A DNA stretch of 64,000 nt from Marsupella aquatica (Eukaryota > Plantae > Marchantiophyta): assembly GCA_973895155.1 (NCBI GenBank), contig OZ316893.1:4910071-4974070 (forward strand), written 5' to 3'. Positions 40,179 to 50,654 of the stretch are shown in pieces. Below the pieces are notes generated by a model, which worked only from the letters and a program-made list of their open reading frames with translations, did not search any database and was not told the origin of the DNA. Within the stretch, counting starts at the first letter, position 1. Every line of letters begins with the position of its first letter. A program made the translations under genes and the position numbers.

Positions 40179-43100
40179 ATGGCACCATCTCGGCAATGTG
40201 CCGTAGGGCCTAGGAAGGGGAAGCCTCCTGTTCCACCAGAGTCAGAATGGGAGAAGTTCCCAATAGCCAAGATGAACGAACATTGGATGCGAGCTAAAAA
40301 TCCATCCCACAAAAGAACATTAGGGTCAGGTTTTCTTTGCAAAATCATGACGGATGACTCATGTCAACACTTCGTGAAGAAGCAGGCTTTTCTGGATCAC
40401 ATGCGATCAGTACATCGCATGAATCCAGAACCGTGTCCGGTTGGTCGTCCCAAAATGGCAGCATGGCAGAGGTTCGACCATTTTGCGTTCATTCCACACA
40501 CGAGTACTAGTTCATGTTCTGGTATGGATTGATTTCATTACTCCTGGTTTATGTTTTGCTATTTAGAGAATTCTTTGGTTTGTGTGTGCCTAAAGGAATC
40601 CACTGAGTACGGCAGCCATGATTCACAACAAAGAGTCGACTTCGGGTTCCTACCCTACACGAGTGTGGAAACTCAAGCGATAGCGAATGTCGTGGTTGCT
40701 ACGATGGGCGAATAACCTCAAGTTAGCTCATGAAGGGGATGAGGATGAGACAACATGGGTTTTGAGTAAGGCCACAGAGTGGTACAATGCGTGGAGAAAA
40801 TCTAAGCGCTTCACCAGCTTGCTCAACGCTGTGAAATCAAACGTTGAAGATTTCTGGAAAAAGCATAGACACCAAATTGATCCAGAGGAGATGCGAACTA
40901 GGGTATGTGCAATGTAGTTGATGTTTTGTCGGTATGAGGTAAGTTCATTGTAGTTTATGTTCTGTCGGTGCCAGGTATGTGCAATGTAGTTGATGTTCTG
41001 TCGGTATGAGGTAAATTCATTGAGTTTATGTTCAGTCGGTACCGGGAATGTGAAATGTAGTTATGTTTTGTCGAGAAGGGTATGTGAATTTTACTTTATG
41101 TTGTATTGCTATATTAATGCGGTAGTGATGTTTGACATATGAAATGCATCATTGTCATAGGCAATGCTTCCAGAAGATGTGGCCGAATGGAGCAGTGACG
41201 ATGGGATGCCCCAACTGGATCTTTCCCGCTCTGATTTGGACGCTAACAACATTGTATATAAGAAGCGTGTCCTTGTTGAGAAGGACCCACCTCCGAACAC
41301 TAGAGCAAAGGGTAAGGGTAAGGGTAAGGCCCCATGTAAGAAGCCTGCTAAGAATTCTGAAACACAAGGATAGAGACAGGGCTTGAGGTCTAGGGCCAAG
41401 GCCACACCGGGAAGGAACACCTCCATCGACAGCCAGGTTAGGCACATTCATATGCTATCTATTCAATGTTCCAAGCAAATTCATGTTCTTTCCTTTGTAT
41501 TATGGAATGCGACTCTTTGTACTTGTGTGCAGGAAAAAACTGTAGGTCCTAACAGATCGTCTACACGGAAGAGAAGGCCAAGAACAGCCAAGAACCAACT
41601 CAAAAGAAGCTAAAAAACATCAACAACACTCTCCATGTACATCACATTGTCTTTGCCTTTATTCCAAGACCTCCTATCCTATCGCAATTTTGTATGATGT
41701 GTTTCCCTATGCCATTCATACTAGGCATGTCTCTTGGTTTATGTTCTGCTTCTGGTATATGTTTCGCTTCTGGTTCATGTTCTGCGCCTGGTTTATGTTC
41801 CGCTCTGGTTCATGTTCTGCTTCTGGTTTATGTTCCGCTCTGGTTCATGTTCTACTTGTGGCTTTTGGTTTATGTTCTACTGAAGATGTTTGTCACGGGT
41901 TCCAGACAGATGACAACACAGATGATGAAGCTGAAAAAGAAAGGGGTGGAGACAGGAAAGACATTGATGGGGCCACAAAAGATGGGGCAGAGGACGCCAC
42001 TAGTGAGCATGCTTCACAAGAACAGGGCGGAGAGGATGATGATGATGGGGCCACAGAAGATGGGGCAGAGGATGCCACTGCTGAGCATGCTTCACAAGAA
42101 CAGGCTGGAGAGGATGATGATGATGGGGCCACAGAAGACAAGGAAAATTCTGATGGGGAGACAGAAGATGGGGAGACAGAAGATGGGGCCCAAGATGACA
42201 AGGCAGAGTATGATCCTGCCACACAAGATGGGGAGACAGAAGATGGGGCCCAACATGATGGGGAGATAGAAGATGGGGCTGAAGATGATGGGGCCACAGA
42301 AGACAGGCCCGAGGATGATGGTGTCCCAGGAGATGGGCCCTAGAAGATGGGGCCCAACAAGAAGCTTCACAACAAGATAGCCAAGAAGCGACGGAAGAGA
42401 GTAAATTTGCAGAGGAATAGGAAGGAGATGGAGGAGAACCTACAGATGAAACTCATCTGAAGGCATATGAGAAACTTGTCGGAAATTAAGGTGAGGCTAC
42501 AGTCTGTGTTCTTTCCTGTTCTATGCCATTTGTTGTTGTTATATTCCCTAATTCATTGAATGTCATGCCTGATGTTCTTGCAGGGAAGGGAAAGCAACAG
42601 CACATTAGCAGGAAAAAGGTGCCTGGTCACAAAAAACAGGCAAAGAAGACAAAGAAGGTGTCTTTCCTCAATGAAGGACACACCAGTGCACCCCTACCTG
42701 GTCTAGAATCATGGACTAAGATGAGATGGACCCAAGAATTGGGCAACATCATAACACATCACGTTGAAAACCTGACCAAAATTCGGGCCAAAATTATTCC
42801 TCCCTATTCAGACTTAGTTGTGGATGGGGTTAGTATTCCATTCATCGACACCTATAATGTTGGAGGCAAATACAATAGGAACACCTGGTTGCCTTTACAT
42901 GCTGCGAGGCGCAAGACCTTCAGCAGCATTCAAATTTGGCACTGGGTTTATCACATAAGGTAATCACCCTTTGCTCGTAACAATCTGCTCAACACTTGAT
43001 TCATGTTTTGCATATGTCCTAGCCGTATGTGTAATGGTTTATGTTTTGTGGTGCAGGAAAATTGTTGTGCCTTTTCGACCTATTCATGCAGATCATCCAT

Positions 43101-43312
43101 GGCCGGGGTACCTTTTTGTGTGGGTGGGCCCGGATGGCATCCCAACTCTACCAAGGCATGTCGACTGCCTACTTGCAAATCGCCGTACCCTCATCAATCT
43201 TCAAATTCAGAAAGCCTCGGGACATACTTGTCCAAGCATTGGGCCTCTAGATAACGTTTGCAAGTTCCCTCTCCTGAAATGTGATCCAGTGTCCAAGGTA
43301 GTCTTCGTGTAA
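40179..43312 (+). pseudogene. MULE accessory gene, convergent with the transposase: C2H2-like finger, acidic repeats, unknown C-terminal domain; broken by stops
   Basis: Spliced ORF pieces 40179-40470 (CKIMTDDSCQHF..FLDHMRSVH), 40600-40900, 41160-41436, 41905-42490, 42583-42959 and 43057-43312. In-frame stops at 41371 and 42341. Confidence 0.6.
41950..42355 (+). repeat. Coding low-complexity repeats (D/E-rich, GATGGGGC/GATGGGGAG units)
   Basis: DGATEDGAEDATxEHASQEQ is duplicated; DGETE is repeated. Confidence 0.85.
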
Positions 43313-43597
43313 GCGTTTCCTATGTAAAGTGAACTGCCTGTTGGCAACTCTCAATACAATGAATTTTCCATATAATGGTGTAATGGTTGATTGTCCCCTC
43401 CCACAGTTTGACACAATGGTGTTTCACCCTTTTTATGCTATGGGTTATGAATGGTAGCCTAAATTGTGTGTTTGCCGACGCACTTGTCATGCCAAGACCA
43501 ATAATAAAGTCAACCTATCTTGAACAATAGCTGTATCCTGAGTTATGTTTTGACACGCACTGATATGCGACCGACATCTCCATCCGCGTGCAAGTAA

Positions 43598-44230
43598 TGG
43601 TTTATGTTCTGTCATCAACATGTACATCGTAGTTGATGTTCTATCATCAACATACTTGGGTTTCTGTTCTGTCATCAACATGTACATCATAGTTGATGTT
43701 ATGTCATCAAAATGAACATCATAGTTTATGTTCTGTCATCAACATGTGCATAGTAGTTTATGTTCTGTCATGAACATACTTGGGTTTCTGTTCTGTCATC
43801 AACATGTACATCGTAGTTGATGTTCTATCATCAACATACTTGGGTTTTTGTTCTGTCATGAACATACTTGGGTTTCTGTTCTGTCATCAACATGTACATC
43901 GTAGTTGATGTTCTATCATCAACATACTTGGGTTTTTGTTCTGTCATCAACATGTACATCGTAGTTGATGTTCTGTCATCAAAATGAACATCATAGTTTA
44001 TGTTCTGTCATCAACATGTGCATAGTAGTTTATGTTCTGTCATGAACATACTTGGGTTTCTGTTCTGTCATCAACATGTACATCATAGTTGATGTTCTGT
44101 CATCAAAATGAACATCGTAGTTTATGTTCTGTCATCAACATGTGCATAGTAGTTTGTGTTCTGTCATGAACACACTTGGGTTTATGTTCTGGCATGGATT
44201 ATGGACATAGTAGTTTATGTTCTGTCATGA
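43598..44230. repeat. Minisatellite of alternating 28 and 32 bp units between the two convergent MULE genes
   Basis: About 20 units such as gttctgtcatcaacatgtacatcgtagttgat and gttctatcatcaacatacttgggtttct, with higher-order repetition. Confidence 0.92.
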
Positions 44231-46849
44231 GTTTTGTGTACTTTTGACCAAGTTATGGTTCATGTTTTGCATTCACTCGCATATTATGTGTATCACAAGA
44301 CTCATTGTCAATGTTTTGCCGCACACATATACAAGGGTTACAACAAAGGGGTATTTTCTGTTATTATTCATCATTTTCCAAGAGAGGTACAACATTCAGA
44401 TCGATATTGACATTCATGTCAATATCTCTACCACCCCCTCCAAGATGAATAACACGGTTTGGAACTACTGGCAAGGACGAATTAGCAGTCCTTCGCCGCC
44501 GCTTGCCTTCCTGATATTGTAGTCCTATCCTACATAGATGTTGTCTGTTAGATTCCCTAGTTACTTTACGCTTTGAAGGCAGTGCACATGGCAGCGGGCG
44601 TTCATCACATTGTATAGATGGTGCGTGAGTTCCCTGCCCTCTCTTGCCCCCATGGTAAATATCTATAACCCCCAAGTGACGCTTAGATTTCAGCCCTATA
44701 GGCCTTACAAATACATCTGCAGGACCTATATTGGCCTTCCCTGAAAGCACTTTCATTTGTTGTTGAGCTTTGAGTTTGGTGAGTGTGACTTGTGATGCCA
44801 AGAATGCTTGTTCTGTGAGGTAGTCATCTCCTTCAACAATAGCCAATTGCTGATCAAAAAGGTGGATTAAGTTCGCCCTCATATTTGGCTCTCTATTCTG
44901 AACAGCTATAGTAGAGTGTTGTAAAATCTGAATCATTGACAATTACAGTAAGATGCTGCTAACAAACATTGGCAGAACATATTAAACAAAGGTGCAGAAC
45001 ATAAACTTAAACTTACGCCGTCAACGTGAACATGTGTAGAACATAAACCTCAACAAACGCCGTCAACATGAACATGTGTAGAACATATAAACCGCAACAA
45101 ACGCCGTCAACATGAACATGTGTAGAACATAAACTTAAATAAACTCTGTAAACTTAAAGCCAGAGAGATTTGCAAAACATGAACCTGTTCAGGTTGTTGG
45201 TTGATGTCTGTGTCCTCATGGACTCCGGTTGGTTGTCCTCCTTCCGACTCTGTTTCTTCGTGTTGAAGCAGTTCCAAATGGTCAATGCCACCCATCTGAG
45301 TACCAAACCTGGACCCTAATTGTTGTACTAGAACACCTCCATCGAAGCCTCTAAATAAGAGAGCCTTAATCTGATGTTTACACATATTTCCCTCATCTGC
45401 CCATTTACAATCACAGGAAGGAAAGTTCGAGAATATATTTCGAACAATGTGCTCCTTCCCATCAGGCTTGGCACTTCTTACTATTGCCTGGTTGGGCAGG
45501 CTCGGATCAGGAAAATAGACTTTGTGGAATTTCATGGCATGCATGGCCTTGTGGAGGCTATTGAGGACAACCTCTTCCTTTTTGCAATTGATGACTCTCC
45601 CCCTTGCTTTGCACCGAAGCTGGTACCAAAAGAAAGGAAGCATAACCTGGAACAAAGAAGTGACAACCCTGTCTAGATGCAGAGCTCCAATGGACCCAAT
45701 ATTCCTCTTGATCATCTTCTTCAATGTTAAATGCCAAGCTTCAATTGCACCATTTGTATTCTGGTTGGCTCGAGGCATGTCTCGAACAGCCCTCATCCAC
45801 TTTGCTATGATTCCACAAATGCATAAAAACAATAATTAGGTGTCATCATGAGAAAACTGCCAAGAAATATGCTTGACTCATCGCAAGGAAAAATGAGTAG
45901 GAGGTCGGGCAGAACATGAACCTGTTCTGTGCATCCAAGTGTCTTCAAAATAAGCTAGGAATCGTTGTTCCATGTGGTACTTTGCTTGGAAGGATCGCCA
46001 CTTAACTTGCATGTCTTCCTCAGTATTGGCATACATGAGATCCCCCAATACATCGATTCATATCCAGAAGCTTGGTTCTATTTGGTACAGTCTTGATCAA
46101 ATTCTCCTTCCAAGCTCTGTATACACAAACACGTAAGTGGGTTGGGCAGAACATGAACTTCATAGGTCGAGTTACAAATGTGGTAACATTACTTGCAACA
46201 CAAAATGTTTGACATGTGGAAGAACATACCGTCGAACATGCCAACTGCAAAAATAAATGGGGATATCGGGAAAGACAACTTTCAATGCGCTGACTTCAGC
46301 CTGAGCACAGTCAATAATGAAGCAGCCTCGGGGGTCTCACTCCGCGAAAACAGCACATCATGTGCGAGAAAGTATAGGGTCCATTTATTAGATTATAGGA
46401 AAGACTTAAGAAGATTTGTGTAAGAACAATAGGGTCCAATTTATTCATAAACACACTTTAAAGAATGATAGGATTTTTTGGGGGGGTCCACTTCCATGGA
46501 ATGGGTTGAGGAAAGATAGGGTAATATGCTACAAGTAAAAAGAGTATACACGTGTCACTATGGGATTGGGCCACGTGGCACTCATTTCAAATTAGGGGCT
46601 ACTCAATCGGGTAGTCCACATATTTGAGGTGGCAAGAATTTTGGATGGGGTATATACGTGAGTGGGGCCGGGTTCTCGGCCGGGTTTCAAGGATAACGCC
46701 ACATGTCTAGGGTTTTGGGGCCCGGGACCATTTTGAATATGTCCCATGTTAGGGCGGTTGTTTCCCACCACTCTTTGTTGGCCAAGCCCAGTTCATTCCT
46801 TGCCTTGACGTTGTCCAATATAGCATACTCATCCTGGAACATGAAAAGT

Positions 46850-48620
46850 TATTTTGTCCTATGCAGGAGATAAAAAAGTTCCCTATGCAATGGGGCAAGG
46901 GGATACCCCTATGCAGGAGATAAAAAAGTTCCCTATGCAATGGGGCAAGGGGAGGGGTATCCAATGCAATGGGGCAAGGGGATGGGTATCCAATGCGAGG
47001 GGTATCCAATGCAGTGGGGGCAAGGGGAAGGGCTCGCGAAGGGCAAGGGGTCGACGAGAAGGGGCTGGCGCAGGTCAAAGGGCTGGCGAAGGGCGAAGGG
47101 CTGGGGAAGGGCTCGCAAATGGCTGGAAGGGCTCGCGAAGGGTTGGGGTTTAGACGATCAAATCCTAGGGGGCAAAGGGCGGCTGCGGCTCTCGATCTGA
47201 TGTGAGTCGCTGTCTTGATCGATAGAGGCTCACAATAGAGGCTCGCGAGCTTGGTGGACTGCACTTCATGCTGCTCGTTTGATTTGATGCTACTCGTCTG
47301 ATTTGATTTTGTCTTCACTCTCGATGCTGCTTGTCTGATTTGATTTTGTCTTCACTTTCGATGCTGCTCGTCTGATTTGATCTCGCTGTCTGATCTTGCG
47401 AGCTGGGCTTGGGAGCTGGAGGCTGGGAGCGATCGATAGAGGCTCGCGAGCTTGGTGGCTGCTGGCTTGGTGGCTGGAGCTTGGTGGCTGGAGCTTGGTG
47501 GAAGCTCGCTGTCTGATCTCGCGAGCTGGAGGCTGGGAGCGATCGATAGAGGCTCCCGAGCTTGGTGGCTGCTGGCTTGGTGGACCATATAGCAATGTCG
47601 GTAATTTTTTTTAAACTCCAAAGGGAGTGTTGCCTGCGCTGCTAACGGGAGTGTGGTCCAAAGCAAGTGTTGCACAGCACCATGAGCTATTGCAAGGGAG
47701 TCAAGGGAGCCAAGGATGGTGAGTGCTGAGTGTTCCACTCCTGCACTGCTGCCGGGAGCTATTGCTTTGTGAGGATTGCGAGGGAGGTGAAAGCTGTGCT
47801 GTGAGGGAGGCGAGTGAGGCGCTACGAGGGAGGCGCTACGAGGGAGGCAAAAGCTACGCTGTAAGGGAGGCGCTACGAGGGAGGCGACAGAGGTGAGTGC
47901 TGCACTATGATCAAGGGAACTCAAGTGCTGCGCTGTGAAGGAGGTGAGTGCTGCGCTGTGAGGGAGGCAAGCTAGGGTCAGAGTGCTCCGCTGTGAGGGT
48001 TGCAAGTGCTGCGCTGCTTGCTCAAACGGAGTGCTGCTCTATCAACTCTGGTATGGGAGTGCTCTTCATTTCTTGCTTTGACAATCAGGCTTTCTATGGA
48101 TTGAAGTCATGTTCCAAATTGTAGGCTTAGTCAAGAGGAAGTAAGTTGCTTGCTTTGTTTTTGCTTCTCACTTTTTGCTGATTGAGATGAAGTGCTTTCA
48201 ATCAGTTGCAGTTGGGCTGCGAGGTGGGCTACAAGGTGGGCTGCGATCGGGTTGGGAGGTGGGCTGCGATCGGGTTGGGAGTTGGGCTGCAATCTAGTTA
48301 CTAGGCTGCGACCTGAGCTGGGCTGCATTGTGTTGCAATCTGTGAGTTGCATTGCCTGCAATCCGGTCCGGAGCTGAGCTACATTGCTGCTGCAATCAAG
48401 TGCTCTTGGACTGCTGTTGCGGTTGAGGCTGTTGGAGGATTGTTGCTGCGATTGAGGCTGGTGCTGAACTGCTATGATTCAGAGCTATTGGTGAGAGACT
48501 GAGCTTCCCTTGTTGAGCTACGTTGCTATGTTGAGCTACATTACTTGACCTGGTACTTTGCGCTGCGAGGTGGGTTGCGATCAAGTTCAGAGTTGTGCTG
48601 CAATCTGGTTGAGCTGGGCG
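46850..48620. repeat. GC-rich mosaic of short tandem repeats in the left arm of the P-like element
   Basis: cctatgcaggagataaaaaagttccctatgcaatggggcaagggg x2, atcgatagaggctc x3, gagggaggc units and gggctgcga units. Confidence 0.8.
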
Positions 48621-49282
48621 GGTTTCTATGGCAACTGTGTCCCAAAATTGCATGCTTACTAGTCTGGACCAGGCTCTGGACACTACATCGAAACTTGTTT
48701 TGCTTAGCTATCAATTTTGTAAGGACTAGGTCACACATCTCTGTGCGAAAGTGTGTTCATGTTGGGAAATTTTGACCAGAACTTGCTGCTGGATAGTTCT
48801 TATTGAATGATTCAGTTCACCCTCAAGTAGTTGCAGGAGTACAGGCAAAGCAAGGGGCTGTTGAGGAGCACCTATCTTTATGCTGCTGCAACCTCTGCTA
48901 AAATGTTGAGTTGAGGTATAGTACGGGACCTATGCTGGTATTAAATTTTAGGTCTGTCATTTCCATCCATGACTTCAACCATTTCTAGTCGTGCAGAAGT
49001 TTATTTAGCTTCAAATGTTGTAGGGGAATTCTAATGTAGTCCATGAAGTTAATTTTGACATGTGGGCAATGTTGCTTCTATTCACCAGAGTTGATGTTGA
49101 GCTGCTGGGCGGATCAAACTCTTTTTGAAGTGTGGTGCCCGGAGACGTTGTGAGATTCTTTAGGTCTGTCGAACGCAGAGGCAGTTGAGGTGTTGCCCCA
49201 TTCTGATTACTTGTAGACATTGTTACTTGTAGACATTGTTACTTGTAGACATTGTTAATTCATCATTACAAAAAACACTATC

Positions 49283-49666
49283 ATGGCTATATTGAAGAAT
49301 TATGAGAAGCTCCTTTTGCAGCATCGAGACGAATGCTACTGGTGTGAATCTTGTGTCAAGTGCAGGGTTGGCAATGGCAATTTTGAATGGTTCCATTGCT
49401 TTTGCTTGAAAATGCACGGAAGACTTGTTACTAGGACATACATGGCAAAGAACGGCAAAGTTGTCACACACCGCTGGAAGTGCTCTTGTATAAGGCCAAC
49501 CATTTGGCCTCAAAATGAGTGTCTTTTACGCAAGATTGTCATCCCAGACACGCTTGACATTGTAGTCCTTGATAGTATTCCACATATAACTGAGCTTGAT
49601 ATTGTAGCCCCAGATAGTATTCCAGATCAAGCTAAGGTTAGAGCCCATGGATGCTTGACATTGTAG
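49283..49666 (+). CDS. Cys/His-rich ORF of unknown function inside the P-like element
   Basis: 127 aa ORF with CYWCESCVKC, HCFC and WKCSC. No recognised family. Confidence 0.35.
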   Translation: MAILKNYEKLLLQHRDECYWCESCVKCRVGNGNFEWFHCFCLKMHGRLVTRTYMAKNGKVVTHRWKCSCIRPTIWPQNECLLRKIVIPDTLDIVVLDSIPHITELDIVAPDSIPDQAKVRAHGCLTL

Positions 49667-50051
49667 TCCTTGATAGTACATGGATGCGTTGTTCATATAT
49701 GACTAGGCCTTTGTTTGCAAGGCTGCAATTGTACTATCCATGATATATGAGAATATTTTTCATTCCCATTATGTGGCAAGTTTCGCAAGCTGGCATTGTA
49801 TTTATGTATGTCTTGGTTTGGTCTGTGTTCAGGTTGCACTGTGTAGTTGACTTCATCTGGGAGGGAGGTTTGCAGATCGTTGGAGCAGGTGCTATGATTA
49901 ACCTTATCTTTGTCTATGGATTGCCGACTATCATACATATCCCCCTCATATGTGATGTGCTTTGTGATGATTGCAGTTGTAACCATGCCGACAAGGATTC
50001 AAACATGAAGCAACATAGTCCTCTGACAAAGGAGCCTCTTTAGAAGAGGTA

Positions 50052-50654
50052 TTGTGTATTCTGTTGTTCTCTGAGCAAGAGATTCTACAAACTAGCCCTC
50101 ATGTTTGTGCAATTTGTGAGCATGGTGGGAAGTTGGTAATTTGTGATGGGCCATGTCACAGGCAATTTCATTATGTGGTTGGAGATGAAGCCCCTAATGA
50201 CTCTTGCCCCTGTGTAGTCCTTCCCCTCCATCATGGAGGGAAGCCATGGTTTTGCCCAAATTGTAACCAGGACCAGGCCATGTGTTATGGGTGCCGCACT
50301 GTGGGACTGTCACCTACAATTGTGCGAAAATGCTCTGATCGTTTTTGTGTACGATTTTATTGCTTTGGGTGTTTGGTAGCCGATGCAAAGTCCTGCCCAT
50401 TGCATACATGTGTGACATGTTATCAGAGTCTTGAGGGTCAGATGGTCAAGAACATGGTACAATGTCTACGATGTCCAAATGCCTGGCATACAGATTGTCT
50501 CCAGATGATCAAAAGCAAAGGGTTTGCTCATGATAGGGACATTTGGGAACATGAAGCACATGGACAACAGTGACAAATGTTTTATTGCCCCCGTCATCCT
50601 ATTGATCCACACCTCAAGACTCCAATCAGGGACCACATTTCATGGCTCCAATGA
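50052..50654 (+). pseudogene. EDM2/NSD-type atypical PHD-finger cluster carried by the P-like element (one in-frame stop)
   Basis: CAICEHGGKLVICDGPCHRQFH..WFCPNC..CYGC..C..RFCVRFY..CPLHTCVTC..CLRCPNAWHTDCL. After TGA 50571 the frame continues QMFYCPRHPIDPHLKTPIRDHI, matching the recalled EDM2 PHD-module tail (YCxxHxIDxxLxTPxRDH). Confidence 0.8.

Noticed and set aside
41694-42370. Overlapping long ORFs (Met-rich, Ser-rich, His-rich)
   Set aside because: These are alternative frames of the low-complexity acidic repeat.
43598-44230. CRISPR-like regular repeats
   Set aside because: The intervening sequences are short and themselves repeated, there are no cas genes, and the context is a eukaryotic transposon. 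It is a minisatellite.
46749-48775. Many 60-217 aa ORFs on both strands
   Set aside because: They arise from GC-rich tandem repeats and show no recognisable domains.
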